From Octopus sinensis (lineage: Eukaryota), in NCBI RefSeq assembly GCF_006345805.1, contig NC_043000.1, positions 48,918,001 to 48,982,000 on the forward strand: a DNA stretch of 64,000 nt, given 5' to 3'. This document shows, piece after piece, positions 26,984 to 39,075 of the stretch (position 1 is its first letter; each line of letters opens with the position of its first letter). A model generated the notes under the pieces. The model saw only the letters and a program-made list of their open reading frames with translations, was not told the DNA's origin and did not search any database. Position numbers and translations under genes: made by a program.

Positions 26984-27029
26984 TAATATCGCTAATATGT
27001 CTTATATGATATATCTTATATGTCTTATA

Positions 27030-27164
27030 CGTTCGGATGAATTTATTTAATATGACCATACTTATTTAACGCATTAAAATACCTTATGATATACAGTCGT
27101 ATTTTCATAAGGTATTTTAATGCGTTAAATAAGTATGGTCATATTAAATAAATTCATCCGAACG
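27030..27164. mobile_element. Foldback/MITE-like element, perfect 60-bp arms
   Basis: Arms 27030-27089 and 27105-27164 are exact reverse complements around a 15-nt spacer. Flanked by TA on both sides. Confidence 0.65.
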
Positions 27165-30079
27165 TATGTTCCCCGTCTGAAGCTTTGAATATATTTTGTA
27201 TAAATCAGTATGATATATTCCCACCACATTTTTATGAAAAAGACAAGATTAAAAGGAGCTTCCAGAAAGTGTATGCTTAATGGAAACGCAACTATCTAAA
27301 TTCAAATAAATATTTTGGTAGCTTGTACTACAAATATCTGGGAAGCCAATACACGAAATATCTTTCATATATCAGGCTTTAAGTGAAATATGAAATTCTG
27401 TGTGAAAGGGCTTTGGTTTCTTTATTGATTTTCATGAAATGAATTTGGGTCATATCATCACGTCTATACCAAGTTTAACTGTTAAGCATTGACATCTCCG
27501 TGCACTCTTAAATATTATCAATACCTACATACATTGATCTTAATAACATAATTTAATATATTTATATATATATATAATTATATCTAGATCTGCATACATA
27601 GAAATCATCATGCGTAGATTAAGTGAATCTCGTATGATCTTGTCTTGTTTTGTTGGAGTTTTAATAGCTTTATATTTTTCGACAAATTATTTCGAATGAA
27701 ATCACAACATTCCATTTCTTATCGTAATTCGGGAAAATTAATTTCTTTCTTTCGTCACCTATCTCCTTCTAATAATGTCAGCATCGGTTTATTTATTCAC
27801 GTACCTAATAAAGACGCCATATCAACGTCTGTCCGTATATGTGCATGATTCTAAATGTATTTGTGTGTGCATTTATGTCAGTATGTTTGTATAAGATTTT
27901 TTCTGGGTTTCTCAATTTGTTGTTAAATTATATTCATAAAGTGATTGTGTGTATTTGTCTTCATGTGTGTGTTCTGGTGTGTTTGGAAATTTAGATTTCT
28001 GTGAGTAAAAACTCAGTTTTTGATGGAAGTCTTCCACAAGTGATCATTTGACAGAAATATCAGATGCTTTTTTTGTGAGTACGGCTTCGTTTCTCCATAT
28101 AATAATTAGACTCTGCTCACTTATATCACCACATATGCCGTATATTCAATATTTAAGGACGTACAATTGTATACATTGCCTCTCGCTTAATAAAACTTAA
28201 TTATTTTCTTTATTAGAACTCTTCTTAATTCTAATATGGATGTGGACGTTAATACTGAATCTTAACTATTTATAAGAAATCAAATAGATCTTCAGCGTTT
28301 TGTATACAATTTGAAAGTATATATTTAAAATAGCATTAGAAATACGTATACTTAATGCAAATTATAACATCTGAGATAAAAAGAACTCTTGTGAATAACA
28401 TGAATCCGTAGAAAAACTAATGGAAAGAGTATAAACAGTTAATACAAATCATTGCTATAAATTCTACATTAGAAATACTCCTGTAGAAACTAAAGGTTTT
28501 CTCGTGGTTGTAATTAGAAATCACAAGAGCAGATAGAGCAATACAAACTGGTTTGTTGCTGTTTTGCTTCAAGATAGGTCCAATTGGAAAAATTTACAAT
28601 TTGGGGATCAACAATGTATCATTCCCTTTTCCTTTTTATGACAATGCAGGTTTGAGGAAAAAACATCATTAGCTGTTATTTTGCGTAGCTTAATAACATC
28701 ACCTACTTAAATAAGTATGAAAGCTATTTTTGATAACTTGACCAATGCTTCTTTGTGTAATAATTAAAGTAAGAAGTGCGTAGGTAGACCATGTGATTAA
28801 ACCACAGGTCTCGCTCTTGAAAAAGAACTGGAGGAAAATTCATGTAGTTTCATATTTTTAAGCTTGCTAGAAATGATTACATCGTCTGTTTTATCGGAAA
28901 TAGATATCGCAGCTTACAATCAAATACGAAAATATGTGATGTACAAAGGCCTATATATTTTCATGTTCGTATCGGAGCATTTGTAGGCTAGACATGTTAA
29001 TAAAATGAAGTAATAAAAAAGCAATTTGTTTAATAATTTCATAAATATGCTTTTAGCATCGTGTTACAAAATGATGCTATGTTTAATCCACAGGTGTCGT
29101 TCTCAGCGGAATGGCAAGCAAACCAATTCACCTTGTTTTGCCTGCAGTTTTCAAGCTCTTAAAGAATGTTTTCTTCCGCCAATCTATATTATCCAATGAT
29201 ATTTTTCCTTTAGCTGATTGGGTCATCTATAACTTGAAATAAGGAGTAATAAATCTATATTGTGATAAGTCAATTATACTAACTCTATTACAAATTTAGA
29301 TAAGACAATTCAACAAAACATCCACTTACATTTGGAACATGCTCAGACAATATTAAATAGATAAACCCTGAAAATTGCAGGGCATCGGACTAAAAGTTAT
29401 GCTTATGTATACCTCAGGAGAGTTTCATACTCAAACATAATTATAAAACTGTAAATTATCAGCTCGTAAACATCATGTTATACCTAGTCCCTTCCGTAAA
29501 TACCTCCTGAAACAAACATTTTAGCAGAGCCCATCATACAGTGTATTAAATACTCTTATCGAGAGCTAATACATAATCTCTTGTTACCACTTACTAATTC
29601 CCAGTAACTAACACTCATTTTCCTTGTTAGTAAACCAACAACACAAAGCGATATTTTATAACAATAATATATATTTATCTCCATGTTCATATTCCTTTTT
29701 CCAGAAGGTTTGATAGATACGATACCACTATCTTTATTTTCCTCTTCATTTCAGATTAGCAATTACATTACTAGACACACTAGGTTTCCATACTTATTTT
29801 CATATCATTTTATAGTTCACACTGCTTCCACACACTTGACCGTATGTCCTTCAGACTCTTTTTGCCCTCTCAAACAGTGACGAACAAATACAAGAACAAA
29901 GGTGCGCGCAGGCACATACACATATGCCCATACATACACACACACCCGCACACACTCATACCCACACGTATGTCTATATTAACATATACATGCACATGTA
30001 CACAAACACACACACACACACTCATACACACATATGTATATATTAACACATACATGCACATGTACACAAACACACACAC

Positions 30080-30126
<47 letters not shown>

Positions 30127-30147
30127 GAGATAGATAGATAGATAGAG

Positions 30148-30181
<34 letters not shown>

Positions 30182-30183
30182 AT
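30080..30183. repeat. (GATA)n microsatellite
   Basis: Direct reading. Confidence 0.95.
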
Positions 30184-30728
30184 AAGATACTTAAATAAAG
30201 AAGTAAAGTAGTGAGGAAAGAAAGCGATATCGGTTTACAGTTAATCTTATATTTCAATAATTAGAAGTTAGCACTCCCATATCGGAGGAAGATGGTTTAG
30301 TTACTTTTATAAATCCACTCTCCGCATATCTCGAACCCTCCTACATATCTGAGCAACGGATATCAGCTCAACATAATCTCCCGATTTCTCCAGACAGAAA
30401 AAAAATTATATATAAAGTAAAGTGTAGAGCGTTGTTCTAATGTCCTTACTTCTAATTTCACTACTTTAATTTCACGTTTGTAGTATGCTGTCTTTTGAAC
30501 AATTTTAACTTGTTATGTGCGTGCGTGTTAGTATGTGTATAGCACACAAACACACACTCATGCAAACATACACATACGCATAGACACAAACATATACATA
30601 AGCATATATATATACAGGCAAAAAATTATATTATATCCATGTGAATATGTATGTGCATATGTTTATATATATATATATATATATATATACATACAAACGT
30701 ATATGTGTAAATGTAAGTATGTATGTGC

Positions 30729-30804
<76 letters not shown>

Positions 30805-31315
30805 CATACACACAAATATATATGATTATCTCTAGGCTTTGATCTTCCAATAATTTCCATTTAGTTGATTTCATATATGTAGACGAATGCAGTAATTAAA
30901 AATGACACCCAAATTTATGATGGAAATTCGTTTGATCATACTTTTGATTTTAATTTCCCTTTATTCAACTATCAGTTAAGAAACAGTAAAATCCTTATTC
31001 GTCAACATTATTGAAATAAATACTGACACTTTCAAATTAATTGATTTCTTTTTCTCGGTAAATTTGATTACATTTCGATTTCCAGTATATTTTCATTTTA
31101 TTGCCAACATTAAATTATTGAATAAATACACCTACAAATTGTACATAAAAACGACATTGTTCAGCACGCTATATTCTAAACCTTTCGGATCATATTGTGT
31201 ATATTTTGTTTACGTTTGTGACCTTGTCCGAACCAATTACGAACAGTACGTCTTCTGTCTGCCATAATATATCCCGAAAGAATGAGGCAAATATGATTAT
31301 TATTAAAATCGCTAG

Positions 31316-31516
31316 AAAGGTGACAAGATAGAAGAATCGTTATCACCCCGAGGAAAATTCTTAGCGGCATTTCGTCTGTACTTACGTTCCGAGTTTAAAT
31401 TCCACCAGAGTCAACTTTGCTTTACGAGGACGATAAAAATAAATACGATTTATGCACTGGGGTCGATGGGTCGACTTACTCCTTTCCGAAACTTCGTAGC
31501 ATTCTGCCAAAATTTT
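31316..31516 (+). mobile_element. SINE family A
   Basis: gaatcgtta...cttagcggcatttcgtctg...gagtttaaattccacc.gagtcaactttgc. Confidence 0.7.
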
Positions 31517-31619
31517 TCAACAATATTAAAATAGTGAGAGCATCGACCAAAAATGTTTTGTGGTAGTTTTTTCCATCACATCTTAGTTCAAACTCCACCG
31601 AGCTCAATCGGAGTCATTA

Positions 31620-31822
31620 GAACAGAGATCATTAGAACGTCAGACAAAATGTTTAGCAGTATTTGCTCCGTCTCTTTACAATCTGAGTTTAGATCACCGC
31701 GTGATCAACTTTACCTTTGATTCCCTCAGGTCGATAAACCAAATAGCAATGGGGTATTGGATTGAGGTAATCGACTTAACTCTTCCCCAAAACTTCTGGC
31801 TTTGTGCCAACATTTAAAACCA
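31620..31822 (+). mobile_element. SINE family A, degenerate
   Basis: caactttacctttgattccctcaggtcgataaa...aatcgactta...cttgtgcc-like tail. Confidence 0.6.
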
Positions 31823-33312
31823 TGACTTTTCTATCATTATTCGGTACCTTTCCCTGTACTGTATCCAAGTTTTGGTTTTGTATTTTTTTGCATTATTTCA
31901 ATATTTTCCAAATCACTCATTATAGGGATCGGTTTCCTGCTTCCACATTCCATAGTGGTTATCCCTGTTTCCGGATATCTGTTTCTCGTTTTTTTTGTAT
32001 GTTTTTAGATATCGTTTACAGATAAGATATCCCCTGTTTGAACTGATATTTTGGTTAGGGTATAAAATATGTAAAGATACATGTAGAATTTTATAAAAGC
32101 ATTTTCATACGTATTTATGTGTTTTCTCATTTGTTTTGGAAACATGCGGAATAACTCCTAGCTTTTATTTCGATTATCATCATTTTCTGTGAGTAATAAC
32201 TTACTTGTTGCTATCAATATTGAGCTGCACTCTAACTTTTAATAGAAGCGACATGTTAATGACGGTGCTCCAGTACTGACACAACCTTTGGGCAGGAACA
32301 CTTAAAGGAATCACTCCAAATTGTTAATAAACAGAAAACAGAATCCAATTCAGCTCTGAGGTATCATAACAATGATCAATGGCATGTCAATCAATCTATT
32401 TTTAGTTATCAATGAGTATCTAAAACTACATTACTCAATATGTATGTGCCCTCTTCAAGAAAACTGAGTTTAATTTGATGAAGATTTGCTTGCTGTTTCT
32501 AACTGGTCGAGCAAGCACATAGATGCTCTCGTAATTTTTATCTTCTCCCTTTTACTTGTTTCAGTCATTGGAGTGCAACCATGATGTAGCACCGCATTGA
32601 AGAATATTTAGTCGAATTAATCGACCCCAGTCCTTATAATGTTAAGCCTAGCTTGGTTTTAACTTGCTCAAAGTTAAAAGATGGTTTGGAGGCGGCGTGT
32701 TATCCTTATGATGTGTAGCAAAGATATGAACGCCACAAACCTAGACAGATCAAACGGAAGTATTATTTCTGGTCTTTGAAGCAGCGAATCATATATGGTT
32801 ACATTTAGGTGCCTTCCAACAGGTCTAGTACCCTACAACCTATGCCTCCAGAAAACATTGATTTATCGTTATATTTGCACTAATTTCGAGCATGTTGTTT
32901 TGTAGTGGGTGATTTGTAAACACTTATGACGCTTTCTTTTTTTCTTCCAAGAAACATTTCAGTTAATTGACTTGTCCTCTGGAAAATTTACTGTAGATTG
33001 TTACATTATCGATGTTTATACTTAGTCAAATTTGATTAAGTAGACTTATGAGTAAAATCATTCCAGACGTGGTTATTTCATCTTTTTAGTGGGGGCCAGT
33101 CTAAGGATATATATCTAATGTTTTTTTTCCTATTCAACCTTATGAAGAGATGAGAGAGAGAGAGAGAGAGAGAGTAGATGTGGTTTCTATTTATTACCAG
33201 TCGAGCGGTCAAATAGTTTCCCTCCTTAGCTTTCAATTAAGTTATTTTATTGGGTAATGTTTCTGTGACATAGAAATGCGATTTTGTCACAGTATCAAGA
33301 GCTTTATTATTA

Positions 33313-33353
<41 letters not shown>

Positions 33354-33906
33354 GAGTGAGAGAGCAGTTCATGCCATCAAAGTGACACTGGGGTAAAATA
33401 TACGAAGCCCAATATACCCATCATGACTACCCGTCTGATAAAGGTACACCAGGCACATGCATCACAACCATATGTGCGCGACATGGTGATCTCATATCAA
33501 GATAAACAGCACATGACCTTGCAGGTGGGGCCCAGTTAGAATTTTCTTCAGGTTGAGTAGCCCATCCCGCTCAAACGGTCCCTGAATAAGGGTTGTTTAA
33601 GGATGTTGAAAGAACCACCCATGTTTCCAGAGGTGAACTATTCAAACCCCAAAGAATCCCACTCAACACATGGCTATGATGCTCCCCCACTACTTCTGCT
33701 CGTGATCAGAGATGCACATATCGTCAGCCACTAAGGGACATGCTCAACTGGTTAAGGTCAAACAACTGACACGCAGTCTGTGGTATTGAGCAGAATATTT
33801 GCTGTAGCCCATCTTTTATACCAAGACAAAACAATGTACATGATAACACTTCCAATCAGTTAAGATCAGAAGCCATGAGAGCCACTGCCTGGTACTGCAT
33901 CAGGGC

Positions 33907-33908
<2 letters not shown>
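33354..33908. mobile_element. Unclassified ~550-bp GC-richer element between (TAA)n arrays
   Basis: Sharp compositional boundaries with (ATT)n on both sides and no ORF. I recall it as an abundant octopus repeat, not verified. Confidence 0.55.
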
Positions 33909-33984
<76 letters not shown>

Positions 33985-34008
33985 TATTATTATTATTATT
34001 GGTGGTGG

Positions 34009-34088
<80 letters not shown>

Positions 34089-34105
34089 ATAGTAGTAGCA
34101 GCAGT
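33909..34105. repeat. Compound triplet array (TTA)-(TCA)-(TTA)-(GGT)-(ACT)-(AGT)
   Basis: Direct reading. Confidence 0.95.
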
Positions 34106-36203
34106 ATGGGGGAATGTCATCTTTGCACCACTTGGTCGACAACCTTCCAATTTATGGGCCTATTTGGGTAGTCATTGCTGATAAGATTTTCACGAGGTCG
34201 CAGTGTAAATCCTACTTCAACTTCTTTTAGTCGCCTTTTACGATACACAGAGGAATCGTTGAATCTATTTTTTGACATACTGGTCCACACAGAGCACTAG
34301 AGCAACGTCAAAAAAAGGTTTTTACTTAACACAACACGCACGTTCACGTCACGAGAAGGATTGTAGAATGTCTTGTATGTTATATCTTTGTACAAAGAAG
34401 CGAAAGCAGTGCTCATGATTTGTCATAAGGTCTCTGAGATTGGTAGGTGGGAGGGAGGAAATTCCTTCAAATTATAAACTTGACTTGAATGCTTGCAGCA
34501 GAGTAGGATGCACCTAAGCGACCAGCTGGCGATGTTAAACTGACCGAGAGATTAAGTCCACCAGCCAAATAGGTTATGATATGAGTTCAACTCAGAACTC
34601 AAAGAGGCGGTACAGATACCGCGAGGTATCTTTTCGTCAATCCCCTAAAATTAAAGGTAACGTCGACCTCTACAGGCTTTGATCTCAGAGGATAGAATCT
34701 GAACAAAATCCGCAAGCATTCTCTTCAATACACGAATGTCTCTTTGAGGTAATTCTATTGCATATGTTCTGAGCGATCTCAGTGTTCGAGATGATTGTTA
34801 AGCAAGTGGGATGAATACGTTGTGTTATAACACTGAGAATTTCTTTCTCATATTACTGGGCATATCCAGTCGGAGCATTATTTGACTGTATATTCGAATC
34901 CATTGTCTGAGATGCTTACTTTGACAAGTTGGCAGAAATGACTCGTATGGAAAGCTGTGTGGTGTACATAGACAACACGTATTCACTCTGGGATAAAAAG
35001 AAAATCTACACCAATTGTGTATAGCACCAGTTCAGCTCTGAGGTGTCCTACTTGTGATCATTGGCATTTAACCAGTCCGTTTCTTAATGGTCAAGTGATC
35101 AATGATTACCTATGACCACATTCGAGCATTCAAATAGAGGTGTCCACCTTGCCCGCTTCTGTCGTAGACAAGGAGAGGTCCGTCGTTTTTCAGAGTCTAC
35201 AACAGAAGCGGGCAAGGTGGACACAGCCGGAGTGGGACATTTGCTGTTCTACCAGAATTACTAAAAGTCTTATAATTGTAAATCATGTTTATTAACATAA
35301 CTTATGCATTTGATCATTTTTAAAACTTTTCCGTTGATTTGTCTGAATATAATCCTTATTCTTGGTTGCTTTTTACACTATAATGTGTCCATTATTATTT
35401 CTTTGTATATAGTGGAACTATTGCTTCTTATATCCATGGTCCTTTATTAAACCACTTGGGGTATTTTTTGCGTGATGCTAATAACATTTTGTCCATTGTA
35501 TCACTTTCTAATAGTTCTCTATTTCTAAATTTGCTCTCGCCTGTACACAAGGAACGCGTTTACGATTTGTATTGATGTTAAAATGAGTTGAGAATGAAAT
35601 GATTACTTTTCGAGTTTTTACCTATCTAAGCTCTTCAATTTAGTTAAATTCGAATTTATTGTGCTCTACAATTTTATGACTCAAATGGATGTTATATCTA
35701 TACATGTTATCTTATTTCCGACGTAGAGTTTAGTTTCCTAATACTGGCCCGATATTTGTTTATAATTTCTTATATATTTTCTTCATTTCTGAGTAATATA
35801 CCTTATCAGCTTTATTGATTACCAAGTTTATGTATGGATGGCTCTGTTCTAATTCGCAAATTGCAGAGTCTAAATCTCATTTAATGCTCCAAGTTAAGTT
35901 CATTTTTTTCTTATAACAGATTTGGCACGTTGGCATAACCCTCTACCCAATTTAATATCCCTGCAAAATTAACTTTTATAACCATTGTTGGCGCCTCTCA
36001 GTTAATGTATTAATGGAGTAAAAGCTAGGCAAAATTGTAAAGGAGATAAGGAGATTGTTCAACGATTTTTCTTCTTATGGGTGTAATGGTGGTTTTTATT
36101 ATCTCTTTGCTGTGCTGCGTTGTAGTTATTTTCCACTTCGACATAGCATAGCTGATATAATGTGTTATGTTATGCTGTCTAAAGTATCCACAACTGTATT
36201 ATG

Positions 36204-36244
<41 letters not shown>

Positions 36245-36246
36245 CA

Positions 36247-36282
<36 letters not shown>

Positions 36283-37285
36283 TTTCTTTCAATTTCTTAC
36301 CGACTGTCTTCCCAGAACCTAGGGCAAAGAAACTCGCTGTATACATTGGTAGGCCATTAAAATAATTACACCAGATTGTTAATTTAAAAAGTCGTGCTAT
36401 AGGAAAAGGGGAAAAAAGACAGAGAGAAAAAAGAAAGATGGGGAAAAGAAAAAAAGAAAAAAGAAAGAAAATAAACGGGAAAAGGGACAGAAAATTCATA
36501 ACGACAATGCTCTTCTCAATACCTGTTAAGACAATATTTTGCACTTCTTGCATGGATGGTAAGCCAGGGATCATCGTCCATTAATTTCCAGTTCCTTTTT
36601 TTATCATTCCAAATGCTCCTACAATCATTCGTATTGTAACCGTCTCGAGATGACACATTTTTACGATTTCAATCAGCAAATCCTTAAATATTCTGAGCTT
36701 ATCAAATTCCATTGCCGAGATATTATGTTCACAAGATATGCTCATGTCAATCAGTAAACAAATTTTATTGTTTTGGTCTTTCAGAACAATATCTGGCTTA
36801 TTAGCTTTGGTGGTCCGTCTGTATGTAGTGGAAAGTCACAAAGAATCGCTACATTTTCTCCCTCAGTTGCACCCTCAAGTTGATGCTTATACCATTTGTC
36901 AGCAGTTTTAATTTTAATATGCTGACATATCCCGTGTAGATATTGGCCAACACTCTTAAGTCTTGTTTTATACTCTACTGGTGCTAAAAGTTCACAGTTT
37001 CCATTTAATCGTTGTAGAATCAGCACTTTGGGTCTCCTCCATTTTTAATTACAACTGCTCGGTAGCTTCGGGTGAATAAGCTCTGATCTTCAGCAACTAA
37101 GAGAAAGGCTTCACTCTATGCTTGTAGTACTGAGACTTGTAGCCACTGATGGTTGTACTTCTGGTCTATATCAGCCTGTTTGCTACGGGTCACATATTTG
37201 CTGTGCAGAGTTTTTTCTGTTCCCATCTATCAGCCAAACGCTGTTTCCTTTGCCATTGAGTTCACCTTCTTTGCAACAACAGTTG
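36283..37285 (-). mobile_element. Dong/R4-clade LINE 3' third (zinc knuckle + PD-(D/E)xK RLE), decayed
   Basis: LHSKYVTRSKQADID...HQWL...EAFLLVAEDQSLFTRSY..VIKNGGDPKC, CELLAPVEYKTR, KWYKHQ..ILCDFPLHTD, KANKPDIVLKD, MIVGAFGMIKK...IPGLPSMQEVQNIVLTG. Flanked by (TAA)n arrays on both sides. Confidence 0.92.
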
Positions 37286-37286
37286 C

Positions 37287-37334
<48 letters not shown>

Positions 37335-37392
37335 TTATCAATATTATTATTATTATTATATTATTATTATTATCATTATTATTATTATTATC

Positions 37393-37432
<40 letters not shown>

Positions 37433-37458
37433 TATTATTATTATTATTATTATTATCA

Positions 37459-37496
<38 letters not shown>

Positions 37497-37497
37497 G

Positions 37498-38125
37498 AGG
37501 TGGTGAGTTGGCAGAACAGTTAGCACTCTGAACGAAGGGGGTCAATAAATTAAGTACCAGTGAAACAGTCGATTACATCGACTAGTCCCATTCCCCAAAA
37601 TCTCATGCCTTGTGCCTATAGTAGAACGGATTATTATTATTATTATTATTTCTATTATTATTACTAAGGTGATGTCGGTCGTGGCAGAATCGTTAGCATG
37701 CCGGGCGAAACGCTAAGCGGCATTTCGTCCGTCTTCTCGTTCTCTGTTCAAATTTCCCCGAGGTCATCTTTGCCTTTCATCCTTTCGGGATCACTGAAAT
37801 AAGTACCGTCTATGCACTTTTGTTGATGCAATAGACTCACTCCTACCCCCAAAATTTCAGGCCTTTTGCCTGTACTAGAAAAGAGTATTATTATCATTAA
37901 TGGCAGAAAACGGCAGAATCTCTTGCGCTTCGGTTAAAAAGGTAGAATGACAACATACCTCGTACTATTTCTTCTAGTTCTTTCTTTACATTCGAAGTAC
38001 AAATTCTGCCGTGGTCGACGTTGCTTTTATCTTTTCACAGTCGATAAAATAAGTGCCAGTTGAGCATTAGATTCAATGTAAACGACTAACATTCTCATCA
38101 CTAAAAATCACTAACTTTGCGCCAA
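37498..38125 (+). mobile_element. Three tandem SINE family A copies
   Basis: Heads at ~37498, ~37667 and ~37900 (gg.g..gag.tggcagaa), each preceded by TTA-rich spacers. The first copy is internally deleted. Confidence 0.75.
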
Positions 38126-38689
38126 AGTATTTTGTTCTTGGTGGTGCTGGTGTTTTCTTTCTTAAAATAAAAATTAATTACCTCATGAAAAGCTTGCCTG
38201 AAAATATTCATAGTTCACAAATGTCACGTGAAAATAACATGAAATATTATACATGTTGCTCTGCTATTTACCGAAAAGAACTATGCCAATCTTAATTTAT
38301 CTTCCCGATTAAAAATATAACTAAAATGATAAAGATATTCCATAACTGCTAAAATATTTTCCAGTCAACAACTACATCGATGTAATTCTGCACTGTTTTA
38401 CTTCGCTGCAATATCTTTTCAAGTCTACTCATCTTTATAGATATTTGGTGTTTCAATGCAAATATGAACTTTTTTTTTTGTTTCCAAAACAATCTCACCC
38501 CACTGTTTTGTTTTGCTTTGCTTTTCTTTTCTATTTGCATTCGCATGATCTTGTAATATAGATGGAAGCACATAGAAGTAACGGCTTCGTAAAGGATTTG
38601 AAATTTGATGGCAAGACGACTAAATATTAGTTATTCTATGTTGTTTTGTCTCGAAAATATATATTATACGAGCTAGCATGTGACATCTT

Positions 38690-39075
38690 GAAACGGTCTG
38701 ATGTATTTCTCATATTCTTGAAAACATAGTTTCCCTTTCAGTATATCTATTTGCGTGACACTCTTCTGGGGCACCGCCTTAACGAGTTTATTAGTCTAAA
38801 AAAATTGACCCCAGTACATATTCTATTATTACTCTTTTTGCCGAACTGCTACGGAGACGTAAACATGCCAACACTGGTTGTCAAGCGATGGTGGTAGTGG
38901 TTGGCGCGGACAATCACAGACACAAAGACATACTCAGATAGGTGTGTGTATATATACGACGGAATTCTTTGTTTCAATCTACTAAATCCACTCACAAGGC
39001 TTTGGTTGGCCCGAGGCTATTGTAGAAGGCACCTGTCCAAGCTGCCACACTGTGAGACTGAACCTGGCCCATGCT
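38690..39075 (-). mobile_element. SINE family B
   Basis: gccgaactgcta...ctactaaatccactcacaaggctttggttggcccgaggctattgtagaagg...gactgaacctgg. Confidence 0.75.

Noticed and set aside
29120-29225. Four CCAAT/ATTGG boxes as a promoter
   Set aside because: Short motifs are common in AT-rich DNA, and there is no linked gene or TSS evidence.
32340-35110. ~45-bp similarity between 32345-32390 and 35025-35070
   Set aside because: Probably remnants of another old dispersed repeat; too short to classify.
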